DNA of 64,000 bases from an uncultured Nitrospiraceae bacterium (lineage in GTDB: Bacteria > Nitrospirota > Nitrospiria > Nitrospirales > Nitrospiraceae): the NCBI GenBank assembly GCA_963730935.1, contig CAVSTP010000004.1:1632001-1696000 (forward strand). Reading direction: 5' to 3'. Shown in pieces: positions 42,997 through 52,998 of this stretch. Position 1 is the first letter of the stretch. Each line of letters opens with the position of its first letter. Under the pieces are notes generated by a model. It did no database searches. It had not been told where the DNA came from and worked only from the letters and a program-made list of their open reading frames with translations. A program made the translations under genes and the position numbers.

Positions 42997-44100
42997 TTAC
43001 TGAAGTTCCGGTACATGCTGGCTCATGAGTTTGCGCAGGGTGAACAATTCAGGGTATTTGTGAAGGTTCCGTTTGACGTAGCCGAGCGTTCGGGGAATGT
43101 CCGCCAGAAATTTCGGATTGCCTTTCACGCGGTCGATGTACACGAACCGGCCGGCCGCTTTGAGATTACGTTGAATGCTCGTGAAATCGAATAACCGGCG
43201 AAAGGCCTCCCGGTTCGTCCAGAGATGGCGTCCTTCCTGGAGCTGGTCCAAATAGTAGTCGATGAGGCGGTCGATCAACGATTCGTCGAGCGCGATGTAG
43301 GCATCCCGCAGCAGCGAGGCCAGATCGTAGGTGGCCGGTCCCATCAACGCGTCCTGAAAATCAATCACGCCCAGCCGCTCGCCGGCGACCATCAAATTTC
43401 TTGAATGGTAGTCACGATGCACGAACACCCTCGGCTGTCCCGCCAAGAGCTCGGAGATTTTTCGGAACTCTTCCCGGATTGCGGCTGCATCTCCGCCGTC
43501 CATCGGCGTACTCTGCCGGGCCGCAATGCCGTATTCAAGAAAGTGGTCGAACTCCCACATCAACAGCGGCACGTCAAAGTTTCGATGAAATGCCAGACAC
43601 TGGGGATCGGCAGGCGACGTCGCTCTGGATTGCATGCCCACGAGTACGTCGATCGCCTGCTTGTAACGCGCTTCAAGGTCGTCGGTGCGGGCATTGGCAC
43701 AGGCTTCCGACAGCGTCAGGTCTCCGAAGTCTTCGAGATAGAGCAGCCCGGCCGCCTGATCGTAGTAATAGAGGGCCGGCACAGAGACCCCTGCCTTAGA
43801 AAGGTGCGTCTGGATATTGATAAACGGGAGTTCCGCGATCGCGTGAGGCGCACCGCTCACGGCCTCTTCAGACTGTTTAAAAGCTTCCGGCTCAGCCAGC
43901 TGCATGAGTACGACGGAGCAAAGGGCGTCGCCGCTCATTTCGATCCGGAAATACCGTCGATTGGAGGCGTCGCCGGCGAGCGGCAGAAGTTTTTTGAATG
44001 TCCCGTGAGAGGGCAACCGAGTCTGTATCGTCTCGGCAACGAGCGCTCGATCAGGAGGAGCCAGCGGCCGTTTGGTGGTGGCAGGGTCGATCGTGGCCAT
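42997..44100 (-). CDS. amgK: Anomeric MurNAc/GlcNAc kinase AmgK-like (APH fold)
   Basis: GDASNRRYFR, LEDFGD, HRDYHSRNLM, IDFQDALMGPATYDLASLLRD, QRNLKAAGRF. Confidence 0.8.
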   Translation of the reverse strand: MATIDPATTKRPLAPPDRALVAETIQTRLPSHGTFKKLLPLAGDASNRRYFRIEMSGDALCSVVLMQLAEPEAFKQSEEAVSGAPHAIAELPFINIQTHLSKAGVSVPALYYYDQAAGLLYLEDFGDLTLSEACANARTDDLEARYKQAIDVLVGMQSRATSPADPQCLAFHRNFDVPLLMWEFDHFLEYGIAARQSTPMDGGDAAAIREEFRKISELLAGQPRVFVHRDYHSRNLMVAGERLGVIDFQDALMGPATYDLASLLRDAYIALDESLIDRLIDYYLDQLQEGRHLWTNREAFRRLFDFTSIQRNLKAAGRFVYIDRVKGNPKFLADIPRTLGYVKRNLHKYPELFTLRKLMSQHVPELQ

Positions 44101-44109
44101 CAGCGCGGC

Positions 44110-44138
44110 ATTATACTGGCACAAGAAAAAGTTGTCAC
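44110..44138 (-). promoter_or_regulatory. sigma70-type promoter of amgK-murU (near-leaderless)
   Basis: Minus strand GTGACA-17 nt-TATAAT, 9 nt before the ATG at 44100. Confidence 0.6.
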
Positions 44139-44566
44139 GAGATGCCGTTCTTTGCTCCGCGTTCCATGACGCGTCGACCGCCGACCGCGCCGACCATCCC
44201 GCCTGCAGTATCCGCCACCCAATCCAGCCAGGTCGCCGTGCGGAACGGCACGAAAGCTTGATGCAGTTCGTCCGTTGCTCCGTACAAAGACGCCATGACG
44301 ATCGCGAACACCAAGGCGTACCCGGCAGTGAACGATCCGGCCACGCGGCGAAACGCCCGGTAGCAGAGGACACCCAGCACTGCGTACTCGATCCCGTGCA
44401 GCAACTTGTCGCCGAGTGTTTCGAAGAGAAATTTCGGCAGCTCCTCGTCGGGATGCGACAACGACGAGAAGTAGAAGATCAGCGCCATATAGGCCGCGAC
44501 GGGAAGCCACGCCCACATCCGCTGACCAGCAGGACCTTCAAACGTCTGCGCGTACGCCTTTTCCAT
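44135..44566 (-). CDS. VanZ-like membrane protein
   Basis: IFYFSS, DKLLHGIEYAVLG, DELHQAFVPFR, DWVAD. Confidence 0.88.
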   Translation of the reverse strand: MEKAYAQTFEGPAGQRMWAWLPVAAYMALIFYFSSLSHPDEELPKFLFETLGDKLLHGIEYAVLGVLCYRAFRRVAGSFTAGYALVFAIVMASLYGATDELHQAFVPFRTATWLDWVADTAGGMVGAVGGRRVMERGAKNGIS

Positions 44567-44652
44567 TTTGCTCCCTTGATTGCAAGGTCGGTATCCCTAT
44601 GACATACTCCTTGTGAGTCCGCAACAGTCTGCAACTTTCTTTCTGCCTGCCC

Positions 44653-46845
44653 ATGAAAACTGTTCGGGTCTGTTTTCTTTGGCATATGCATCAGCCGTAT
44701 TACACCGATCCCGTCGCGGGGTCGGCCAGCATGCCTTGGGTGCGTCTGCATGCCACCAAGGCGTATTTCGACATGGCCTTTCTCCTGGACCGGTTTCCAC
44801 GGGTTCACGCCACCTTCAACTTCACGCCATCCCTGCTGCTCCAACTCAAGGAGATCGGTGATGGTGCCGTTCAGGATCTGTTTTTAGAGCATGCGCGGCG
44901 ACGGGCCGCCGATCTGAATCACGAGGAGCAGGCCTTCCTCATCCGCCATTATTTCTCGATCAATTGGGCCACGATGATTCGCCCTTTTCCCAGGTACCAC
45001 GAGCTGCTCGTCAAGCGGGGTCTGGATATCGACGGAGAGGATCTCCAACGGGTGGCCCGGCAATTCTCTTCCCAGGATTTCCTGGATCTCCAAGTGTGGT
45101 TCAATCTCGCCTGGTTCGGCTACGGAGCGGTCCAGCGCTATCCCCGGCTCGCGGCGCTGCGGGCCAAGAACCGTGGCTTCTCGGAGGAGGAGAAGCAAGA
45201 GGTCCTGGCGCTCCAACGGCAGACGGTGCGGGACATTGTACCGATGTACCGCCGGTTGGCGGAGCGCGGCCAAATCGAATTGACGACCACGCCCTTTTAT
45301 CATCCGATCCTCCCGCTCGTGATCGATACGGAACATACCCGGCGGGCCAGACCGGACCTGCCGCTGCCGTCGCGCTTTCGCGCGCCGGAAGATGCCGAAG
45401 CCCAGTTGCGTCTGGCCGTTGAGTATCATGCCGCCACGTTCGGCAGACCGCCGGAGGGCCTGTGGCCTTCGGAAGGCTCTGTCTGTCCGGAATTGATTCC
45501 TCTGCTCCGACGCGTCGGCCTCCGCTGGCTCGCCACCGATGAAGGCATCCTCGCGCGCTCGCTCGAAGCATCGCAGATACCGTGGCATCGTGGACAGCTC
45601 TATCGCCCTTGCAACGTGGGGATAGGGGAAGAGGAAGCGACGATCGTCTTTCGCGACAGGGAGCTCTCAGACGGATTCGGCTTTCTCTACCACAAGACGA
45701 CGGCCGACGTGGCTGGCGAGGACGTGCTGCGCCGCATCAAACAGGTGGCGTTGGATACGCCCCAGGACAACGTCCTCGTGCCGATCATTCTGGACGGCGA
45801 AAATCCCTGGGAGCACTATCATGAGGGCGGAGAACAGTTTCTTTCGCACCTGTATCAGGCGCTCTCTCACGGCGCGCTGGACGAAGGCGACTCACTCCGC
45901 GTCACCACCGCCACGATGTCGGAGGCCCTCGCAGCCACGCCGGAGAGGCCGCATCTCCCCTATCTGCACTCGGGATCCTGGATCAATCAGGACTATAAGA
46001 TCTGGATCGGCCATCCGGAGGACAACCGCGGGTGGGATCTCTTGGGCCACACTCGCTCGCGCCTCTTAGAGATCAGTCCAAGCCTGCCGCCCGAGCGGGC
46101 CAACGCCGCGTGGCACGAGTTGTACGCCGCCGAGGGAAGCGACTGGTTCTGGTGGTACGGCGACGATTTTGATACCGCCTACAAGGAAGAATTCGACCGG
46201 TTGTTCCGCACCCATCTTCGCAACGTGTGGACGCTCGCCGGCTTGACGCCGCCGGACCTGCTCAACCAACCGCTCTGCGAGGTGCGCCGCTTCCAGACCC
46301 GTGACCAAGTCACCCAGCCGCATTCGCTTCTACGACCGACGATCGACGGAGTCGTGACCAACTTTTTCGAATGGCGGGGGGCCGGAACGATCAATCCTAA
46401 TCCTCCACTCGGCGCGATGTGGAAAGCCGAAGGACTATTTTCCGCTATTTGTTTTGGCTTCGATTTGGAGCACCTCTTTCTCCGGCTCGATCCCGCCACA
46501 TCGCTTCTGAGCCAGAAAGCGGACCTCCGCATTGAATACTGGCTTCAGACGCCCGCCCGTAGCTATCGACTCGAAATGTCGTTCGCTTCCCCCGATCACT
46601 ATGTCTTATCAGAACGTGATGACGGCGGCTGGCAGGAGGTGAGTCGCTCAGCACGGATCGCATGGCATCAGGTGTTGGAACTGGCTCTTCCGTTAAAAGA
46701 GCTTCACGTCGAAGAGGGAGAGATTTTACACATGACGTTGATCGTGCGGCGTGACGGCTTGGAGACTGCGCGATATCCGCGCCATCAGCCAGTCGCACTG
46801 AGCATCCCCGGACCGGAATTCGAAGCGACGGTCTGGAGGGTATAA
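44653..46845 (+). CDS. Glycoside hydrolase family 57 (amylopullulanase-like)
   Basis: WHMHQP, PFYHPILPL, GLWPSEG, ILDGENPWE, AEGSDWFWW. Confidence 0.92.
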   Translation: MKTVRVCFLWHMHQPYYTDPVAGSASMPWVRLHATKAYFDMAFLLDRFPRVHATFNFTPSLLLQLKEIGDGAVQDLFLEHARRRAADLNHEEQAFLIRHYFSINWATMIRPFPRYHELLVKRGLDIDGEDLQRVARQFSSQDFLDLQVWFNLAWFGYGAVQRYPRLAALRAKNRGFSEEEKQEVLALQRQTVRDIVPMYRRLAERGQIELTTTPFYHPILPLVIDTEHTRRARPDLPLPSRFRAPEDAEAQLRLAVEYHAATFGRPPEGLWPSEGSVCPELIPLLRRVGLRWLATDEGILARSLEASQIPWHRGQLYRPCNVGIGEEEATIVFRDRELSDGFGFLYHKTTADVAGEDVLRRIKQVALDTPQDNVLVPIILDGENPWEHYHEGGEQFLSHLYQALSHGALDEGDSLRVTTATMSEALAATPERPHLPYLHSGSWINQDYKIWIGHPEDNRGWDLLGHTRSRLLEISPSLPPERANAAWHELYAAEGSDWFWWYGDDFDTAYKEEFDRLFRTHLRNVWTLAGLTPPDLLNQPLCEVRRFQTRDQVTQPHSLLRPTIDGVVTNFFEWRGAGTINPNPPLGAMWKAEGLFSAICFGFDLEHLFLRLDPATSLLSQKADLRIEYWLQTPARSYRLEMSFASPDHYVLSERDDGGWQEVSRSARIAWHQVLELALPLKELHVEEGEILHMTLIVRRDGLETARYPRHQPVALSIPGPEFEATVWRV

Positions 46846-46872
46846 ACCGCTTCGCACATTTCTTGGTACGCC

Positions 46873-47877
46873 ATGCCTGACTTGCGGCGCGACCCCATCG
46901 TAGGTCGCTGGGTGATCATTTCGACGGAGCGGAGCGGCCGGCCGCACGACTTCGCGCAGATGCAGCCGATCCGGCCGATCTCGACTGCGCTCTGTCCCTT
47001 CTGCCCGGGACAAGAACGGCTCACGCCGAAGGAAATCATGGCCTACCGTCCGCAGCCCGCCGAAGCGGATGTGCCCAATTGGACGGTGCGGGTCGTCCCG
47101 AACAAGTTCCCCGCCTTGCAAGTGGAAGGTGATCTCGGCCGCGAAGGTTTGGGACTCTATGATCGGATGAACGGGATTGGCGCGCACGAAGTCATTATTG
47201 AAACGCCCGGACACAAAGATAGCCTGGCCGACATGCCGACCAGGTGCATCGAAGACGTGCTCTGGGCCTACCGCGACCGCATCATCGATCTGAAAAGGGA
47301 CCTCCGCCTGCGGTACATTCTGATCTTCAAGAACCACGGCGCTGCGGCGGGCGCCACGCTCGAGCACAGCCACTCGCAATTGATTGCGCTACCGGTGATT
47401 CCGACCAATGTCATGAGTGAGATCGAGGGCTGCCGTGCCCATTACCAGCAGAAGGAACGGTGCATCTACTGCGACATTCTCAGGCAGGATCTTGCGGACG
47501 GCGACCGGATCGTGGCCGACAGCCCGGAGTTTCTCTGCGTCACACCGTTCGCGCCGCGGTTTCCGTTTGAAATGTGGATACTCCCCAAGCGGCATGCCGG
47601 CTACTTTGAAGAGAGCCAGAAACAGCAGTTTGAGTTTCTCGCGCCGATCCTTTCGGAATCGCTCCGGCGCATGGACAAGGTTCTCTCGAAACCTGCCTAC
47701 AACTTCGTCCTCCACAGCTCGCCGCTGCATGGACAAACCGGCGATTTCTATCACTGGCACATCGAAATCATCCCCAAGCTCACGCAGGTCGCCGGCTTCG
47801 AATGGGGCACGGGGTTCTATATCAACCCCGTCTCGCCGGAAGAGGCGGCCAAATGCCTGCGTGAAGCGGCCTTATAG
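46873..47877 (+). CDS. galT: Galactose-1-phosphate uridylyltransferase family protein
   Basis: CPFCPG, NKFPAL, FKNHG..AGATLEHSHSQ, CIYC, HWHIEI. Confidence 0.88.
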   Translation: MPDLRRDPIVGRWVIISTERSGRPHDFAQMQPIRPISTALCPFCPGQERLTPKEIMAYRPQPAEADVPNWTVRVVPNKFPALQVEGDLGREGLGLYDRMNGIGAHEVIIETPGHKDSLADMPTRCIEDVLWAYRDRIIDLKRDLRLRYILIFKNHGAAAGATLEHSHSQLIALPVIPTNVMSEIEGCRAHYQQKERCIYCDILRQDLADGDRIVADSPEFLCVTPFAPRFPFEMWILPKRHAGYFEESQKQQFEFLAPILSESLRRMDKVLSKPAYNFVLHSSPLHGQTGDFYHWHIEIIPKLTQVAGFEWGTGFYINPVSPEEAAKCLREAAL

Positions 47878-47924
47878 CTCGCTCCTTCCTTGCTCCTGAT
47901 CTGTCTGGCAGCCTATGATGCGGC

Positions 47925-48125
47925 ATGCAGGTTCAACTTAGTCATCCCGCGCGAACTGTTGACGTCAAAGGTCCCAAACGCGCCAAAGACGTCCTGCGCG
48001 AGCTAAATCTCGTCGTCGAGGCGCATTTGGTAATCCGCGGCGATGAGTTGGTCACCGAAGACGAAATGCTCAGTGATAAGGACCAGATCGAGATCAGACC
48101 CGTGATTTCAGGCGGGGCTCCATAA
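47925..48125 (+). CDS. ThiS/MoaD-family sulfur carrier, TtuB-like
   Basis: 66-aa beta-grasp-like protein ending IEIRPVISGG-AP; a ttuA-like gene lies 5 kb downstream. Confidence 0.8.
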   Translation: MQVQLSHPARTVDVKGPKRAKDVLRELNLVVEAHLVIRGDELVTEDEMLSDKDQIEIRPVISGGAP

Positions 48126-48204
48126 CAGACAGTCCCTGCTGTCCCTACGCTCTACCTCCGCCCCCTGGCCGATTCCCTGCAGATGAGCACACGATGCGCG
48201 CAGG

Positions 48205-48783
48205 CTACTTGGGCGGGAAATGCGAGAGAATCTTGTGAACCATGGCTTTGGTTCGCTCGTCTCGTTGTTGAGAGGTCAACCCCGGGTCAACCTCGCCGGC
48301 AGCGGTTCCCCTCCAGACGAGTTTCTTTGAGGCGGCATCGATGACGTCGATGAGCAGCGAGCCTGTGAGATACGAGGGCGTCTCATTGAGGCTAGGCGCG
48401 GATCCACTCGCCGACCGTGAATCTGCAGAATGCGAGAAGGGATGTCCTGCCATGCCATCTGAATAATATTGGGTCGAAATGCTCGGCGAGCTGTCCTTGA
48501 GCCCGACATGGTACGCCACATAGAAATCCGGTGTTCCTTCAGGCAACGTTTGATACCCCTTCAGGCGTAACTGCGTACCCACAGCGATGCGAATCCGCAT
48601 ATCCACGGCACTGCTATCGGCGCGCCGGTCACCCGTCTTTTCCTGATCGCCCGACAGCCAAGCATAGGTGTGATAGGCGCTGAAATCCGTGCTGCGATCA
48701 AAGTCGTACCCGATTTTGGGCGATGGTGCACAGCCGGCGGCCGTCCCCATCACCGCGAGGAAGAAACACAGCCATATCCTCAT
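48205..48783 (-). CDS. DUF4136-like lipoprotein
   Basis: Lipobox AAGC, DFSAYHTYAW, GSLLIDVIDA..KKLVWRG, FPP end. Confidence 0.85.
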   Translation of the reverse strand: MRIWLCFFLAVMGTAAGCAPSPKIGYDFDRSTDFSAYHTYAWLSGDQEKTGDRRADSSAVDMRIRIAVGTQLRLKGYQTLPEGTPDFYVAYHVGLKDSSPSISTQYYSDGMAGHPFSHSADSRSASGSAPSLNETPSYLTGSLLIDVIDAASKKLVWRGTAAGEVDPGLTSQQRDERTKAMVHKILSHFPPK

Positions 48784-48810
48784 GTTCGCCCAACTCCGAT
48801 GGTGAAGGGT

Positions 48811-49350
48811 TTACTGAGGGGGAAAATGTGACAGCATGGCACTGACAATGTTGGTCACCCGTGCATCCCGCTCTTTGGGGTCCAGACTCTGGTCAACGTC
48901 CGCCTGAGCTGACGCCTGCCAGATCAGTTCACGGGATTGGGCATCGACGATGTCGATCGTGAGCGTGCCCTCGTGATAAGGCTGGATGTCGCTGATCGTG
49001 GTAAACGTTCCATGTGCCCGGTCGCCGATGTAGTTCTGTGTGGACGCGCCCTTCAGCATGTCTTTCATGCCTGCGTGATAGGCCACGACAAAGTCAGGGC
49101 TGGCGTTGGAAGACGCAAGGTATCCTTTTGCGCGAAGTTCCCTCTCAATGGCAGTGCGGATGCGGGCATCCACGAGGGAACTGTCCAGACGCCGGTCTCC
49201 CGTCGCTTCTTGTGCCACGGAGACCCACGCATAGGTATGGTACCGGTTGAAATTGGCGCTGCGGTCGTAATCGTAACCGACCTTCGGCGAAGAACATGCG
49301 GCGGCCAAAGCAGCCAAGAAGATCGAGTATGCAGGTAGGCGCCATCGCAT
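48811..49350 (-). CDS. DUF4136-like lipoprotein (tandem paralogue)
   Basis: Lipobox AAAC, NFNRYHTYAW, EGTLTIDIVDA..RELIWQ, FPP end. Confidence 0.85.
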   Translation of the reverse strand: MRWRLPAYSIFLAALAAACSSPKVGYDYDRSANFNRYHTYAWVSVAQEATGDRRLDSSLVDARIRTAIERELRAKGYLASSNASPDFVVAYHAGMKDMLKGASTQNYIGDRAHGTFTTISDIQPYHEGTLTIDIVDAQSRELIWQASAQADVDQSLDPKERDARVTNIVSAMLSHFPPQ

Positions 49351-49374
49351 AGATGCCGCCGCATGGTAGCAAAT

Positions 49375-50901
49375 TTAACTGGTTCTCAAAAGCGGCAAGG
49401 TCAGGGTGGCAATGGTGCCGCCACCGGGCGACGATTGAACGTCGAACGATCCTCCCAGCGCCGTCATCCGCTCCCGGATACTGAAGAGCCCGAATTTGGA
49501 TGACCCGGCACCGCTCGGCGCCCCGGCAGCAGCGGCGGCGTTCACGTCGAAGCCCGACCCTTGGTCGCGCACATGTATCTGTAACTGGTCGTCACTGTAT
49601 TCGAGCTCGACGCTGGCTTCGCCCGTCCCCGCATATTTCGACGCGTTGATCAACAGTTCACGGACAGACTGAAACAGCAGCACCGCTTGATCCTCCGGCA
49701 AGACGAGCTCTAGCTGTTCCGGTACGTTTACCGTCACGCGCAGCGAAAGTTTCTGCATATACTCGCCCAGCCATTTCAGCGCTGCCGGAAGCCCGTGATC
49801 ACGCAAGACCGAGGGACTTAATTCGGCCACTAAGGTCCGGGTATACCGGAGCGCGTCGGACAACACGTCGTCCACCTGTCTCATCACCTCGGTGAGCGCA
49901 GGATCCGGCTGGGCAGACCGCTTCCCTTGTCCAATCTTGAGCTTCCCGAGCACCAGGAGATGCTGCAGGTGATCGTGCAACTCCATAGCCAGCCGTTTCC
50001 GCTCCTGCTGCTCGGCGAGATTCAGCTCGGTCGCCAAGGCCCGGAGCTGCTGTGTGCGCTCGGTGATCCGTTCTTCGAGATGTTTCGTCAAGTCGGCCAA
50101 GGCTTCTTCAGTCCGTTTGCGCTTGATGATCTCACCCAACAAGGTAGCCTCACTCCTCAGCCGTGCTTTCGCCACCGCCACGATAAATTGCGGACGGGAC
50201 GGCATGTTGGCGCTGAGTTCTCGGAGTTTCTCTAACGAGACCCCGTAACGCTCGGCCACTTCCATCAGCCGCTCGTCTTCCTTCGGCGGATCCCCATATC
50301 CCATGGTGATGCTTCCGACCATTTCTCCGTCGACTTTGATCGGCGCGGCATATAGGTTGATCCCACCTTTGCAGGGCATGTCGGCCGGCTGGCCAGTCTC
50401 CATCGCACGGGCCGACACTTCCCTTCCGGACTCGCGACAATGCCACTCCCCACTCGCCAATGCCGCCTGATTGTCCGTTGTTCCACAACGCGCCCGCGAC
50501 GCCTGGTCCAGAAACCGGCACCAGTCGGACGCAACGAGACATGAGGCGTAGTCTCCATTTTTTTCGCAAACGGACCCTGAAGTCCCGATAAGATGCAGCG
50601 CATCACCGGCGACATTGGCAAGGAGATCCTTGCCGACCGTACGAAGAATGGTCCGTTCGGTGTTGAGCTCGGTTAGTTCTCCATAAGGCTGCGGCTTCGG
50701 GACTCTAAAGGGTTTCCTGCCTTCCCGTAGGAGCCATGCGATGGCCTTGAGCTCTGCTTCCACATGCCTGCGCTGCGCGAGCAGCATGCGGATCGCAAAC
50801 GCCGCAAGAACCAGAAGGGACCCAGCCAAATATTTTCGACCCGGCGCGCTTCTGCCGAGCAGAATTTCCTTGATCGGGAATGTGGAGGACATCAATTGCA
50901 T
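49375..50901 (-). CDS. Sensor histidine kinase (PocR-like sensor, HisKA_3, HATPase)
   Basis: ERKRLAMELHDHLQH, ELLINASKYA, DQGSGF, FGLFSIRER; Cys-rich sensor with CKGGINLYAAPI. Start uncertain. Confidence 0.85.
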   Translation of the reverse strand: MQLMSSTFPIKEILLGRSAPGRKYLAGSLLVLAAFAIRMLLAQRRHVEAELKAIAWLLREGRKPFRVPKPQPYGELTELNTERTILRTVGKDLLANVAGDALHLIGTSGSVCEKNGDYASCLVASDWCRFLDQASRARCGTTDNQAALASGEWHCRESGREVSARAMETGQPADMPCKGGINLYAAPIKVDGEMVGSITMGYGDPPKEDERLMEVAERYGVSLEKLRELSANMPSRPQFIVAVAKARLRSEATLLGEIIKRKRTEEALADLTKHLEERITERTQQLRALATELNLAEQQERKRLAMELHDHLQHLLVLGKLKIGQGKRSAQPDPALTEVMRQVDDVLSDALRYTRTLVAELSPSVLRDHGLPAALKWLGEYMQKLSLRVTVNVPEQLELVLPEDQAVLLFQSVRELLINASKYAGTGEASVELEYSDDQLQIHVRDQGSGFDVNAAAAAGAPSGAGSSKFGLFSIRERMTALGGSFDVQSSPGGGTIATLTLPLLRTS

Positions 50902-51142
50902 GTATTTCGACGATTGAGGCTTTCCGAAGTGAGCACACCTATCCGAGGACGTAGTAACGGCAAGCCGCATGCCCAACCATTGCGGTCGGTTGGATTTACA
51001 ACATCATGATTTCACGCGGATCCGCGTCGAAGAGAGACGCTCGTATTGTATGGCTGTATGGAGACGACTACGGCCGATCTTCGACATTAGACGGTGGGTT
51101 TTCCCTGAGATAGACTCGGGCGACGATGGGACTGGCCTGAAG

Positions 51143-52174
51143 ATGTCAGTGAATTTCCGACACCCGCCAGTACTGTGGTTCACTCTCATCATACTGTTCA
51201 TCCTGACCCCTTCGATCGAGGGCTTCGCATTCGACTGGGTGCCGACCGAAGAGGAACTGGCCAAGTACCGCAACAGCTGGAATCCGCCTACACACGGCAC
51301 CTCGTTTACCTCGAACGCAGATGTGACTCGGCAAGGTCAGTGGTTTGTCCGCGCCTATATCCAAGGCATGATCGGGTCCGGCGAGTCTCAACGTACGGCG
51401 ACTTCGCAGAGCGTTGCTTCTCCCTTCAGCCCGGATGCGGTCATGCCGGCGGTCACGTTGTACTACGGTCTCACCCACCACGTAATGGTAGGGGTCGGCG
51501 TCTCTGCGGTGTACTGGCATTCCAGTACTCCCGAGCCGGACGGGCGAATCTCGGGTGCAGGAATCGGCACCACCAATCTGATTGTCAAATACCGGCCCAT
51601 TGTGCAAGATCCCAACACTTGGAAACCTTCCATCGCCTTCTATAGTAGGCTCTCGCTGCCGACAAACCGCTGGTTTGGAACGCCGGAAATTCCCGGCGGG
51701 TTCACGCCTCTCTCGCGCGTACCCTCGAGCCGCTTCGGGGCGGTTGCCGTGACGGAGGGCATTCTGGTTCGGAAGAACCTCGAGCCGTTCCGAATCACGG
51801 GCAATGTGTACTATTCGTACAATTTTCCGGGATCGGGGTCGGAACCGGGCGTGACCGTCTACGGAGGAGATCTGATCAACACGCACCTGGCGCTCGAGCA
51901 TGTCCTCGACGAGGAGACTGGATTCGGCTATCTCGTTGAAATGACCACTCTGCGGCAGCTCAACGGCAGATTAGACGGCCATGCAGTCAACACGGTTCCG
52001 GCCACCTTTTGGCTTGTGGGCATTCAGCCGGGCCTCGAATACACCTTCGCGCGCTATGAGTCTGGCGCAAAGCTCGTCGGCGCGATCGGCGTGATGTTCA
52101 CCGTCGCCGGGCAAGACGACATCCGGGCCATATATCCGAATATCAGCTTCAAGTACTTTTTCGAGCAAAACTAA
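51143..52174 (+). CDS. Exported, probable outer-membrane beta-barrel protein of unknown function
   Basis: Signal-like N-terminus, alternating aromatic beta-strand patterns, C-terminal ISFKYFF. Start uncertain. Confidence 0.6.
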   Translation: MSVNFRHPPVLWFTLIILFILTPSIEGFAFDWVPTEEELAKYRNSWNPPTHGTSFTSNADVTRQGQWFVRAYIQGMIGSGESQRTATSQSVASPFSPDAVMPAVTLYYGLTHHVMVGVGVSAVYWHSSTPEPDGRISGAGIGTTNLIVKYRPIVQDPNTWKPSIAFYSRLSLPTNRWFGTPEIPGGFTPLSRVPSSRFGAVAVTEGILVRKNLEPFRITGNVYYSYNFPGSGSEPGVTVYGGDLINTHLALEHVLDEETGFGYLVEMTTLRQLNGRLDGHAVNTVPATFWLVGIQPGLEYTFARYESGAKLVGAIGVMFTVAGQDDIRAIYPNISFKYFFEQN

Positions 52175-52197
52175 CCTCGTTCAATGGAGGAGGGATC

Positions 52198-52998
52198 ATG
52201 CCAATAATGGACCTCATCACGGAATACGTGATTCGCTACGGCTTTCAAGTCTTGGGCGCGATCTTTGTCTTTGCCGTAGGTGCGCTGGTCGCTCGGTGGG
52301 CCGGGAAACTCGCGCAGCAGTGGCTCGAGCGTCACGACATGGAGCCACCGGTTCGCATGCTGCTGGTCAAAACCCTTCAGGTCTTGGTTCTGTTGTTTAC
52401 CACGATGGCGGCGTTGGGCCAGTTGGGGGTACAGATTGCGCCGTTACTTGCCGGGATCGGCGTTGCCGGATTGGGGGTTGGCCTGGCGCTTCAAGGCGTG
52501 CTGAGCAACATCATCGCTGGACTCTCGATCATCTTTACCAAGCCCTATCGAGTGGGTGAACATATCTCGATTCTCGGAGTGCAGGGCGATGTGGTCATCA
52601 TCAACTTGTTCTCCACGACGCTCATCCACCCCGACCGCTCGCGAGTGGTCATTCCCAACAAGAAAATCGTCGGAGAAATTCTTCACAACTTCAGCACCAT
52701 CCGCCAACTGCACCTCGCAGTTACGGTCGCCTATTCCACGAACCTCACTGAAGCGCTCGCGCTCGTCCGTTCCATCCTGGCCGCGAATTCTGGAGTGCTC
52801 AAAGATCCGGCGCCCGGGGTTGGCGTCTCCAAGCTTGGAGATTCAGGAATTACCATTTCAATCGATCCCTGGGTTTCGGTGGCGGACTATGGAAGAGTTC
52901 AAGGGGAGTTAAACCAGGTCCTTGTCGAGCGGTTCCAATCGGCTGACATTCAGATTCCGTATCCTCAGCATGAGGTGCGGCTCCTATCGGCAACATGA
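52198..52998 (+). CDS. mscS: Small-conductance mechanosensitive channel
   Basis: GLALQGVLSNIIAG...KPYRVGE, VIPN, IPYPQ; GGAGG SD. Confidence 0.9.
   Translation: MPIMDLITEYVIRYGFQVLGAIFVFAVGALVARWAGKLAQQWLERHDMEPPVRMLLVKTLQVLVLLFTTMAALGQLGVQIAPLLAGIGVAGLGVGLALQGVLSNIIAGLSIIFTKPYRVGEHISILGVQGDVVIINLFSTTLIHPDRSRVVIPNKKIVGEILHNFSTIRQLHLAVTVAYSTNLTEALALVRSILAANSGVLKDPAPGVGVSKLGDSGITISIDPWVSVADYGRVQGELNQVLVERFQSADIQIPYPQHEVRLLSAT

Noticed and set aside
44135..44566. VanZ as a glycopeptide-resistance locus
   Set aside because: Generic VanZ-like family member with no van cluster genes nearby.
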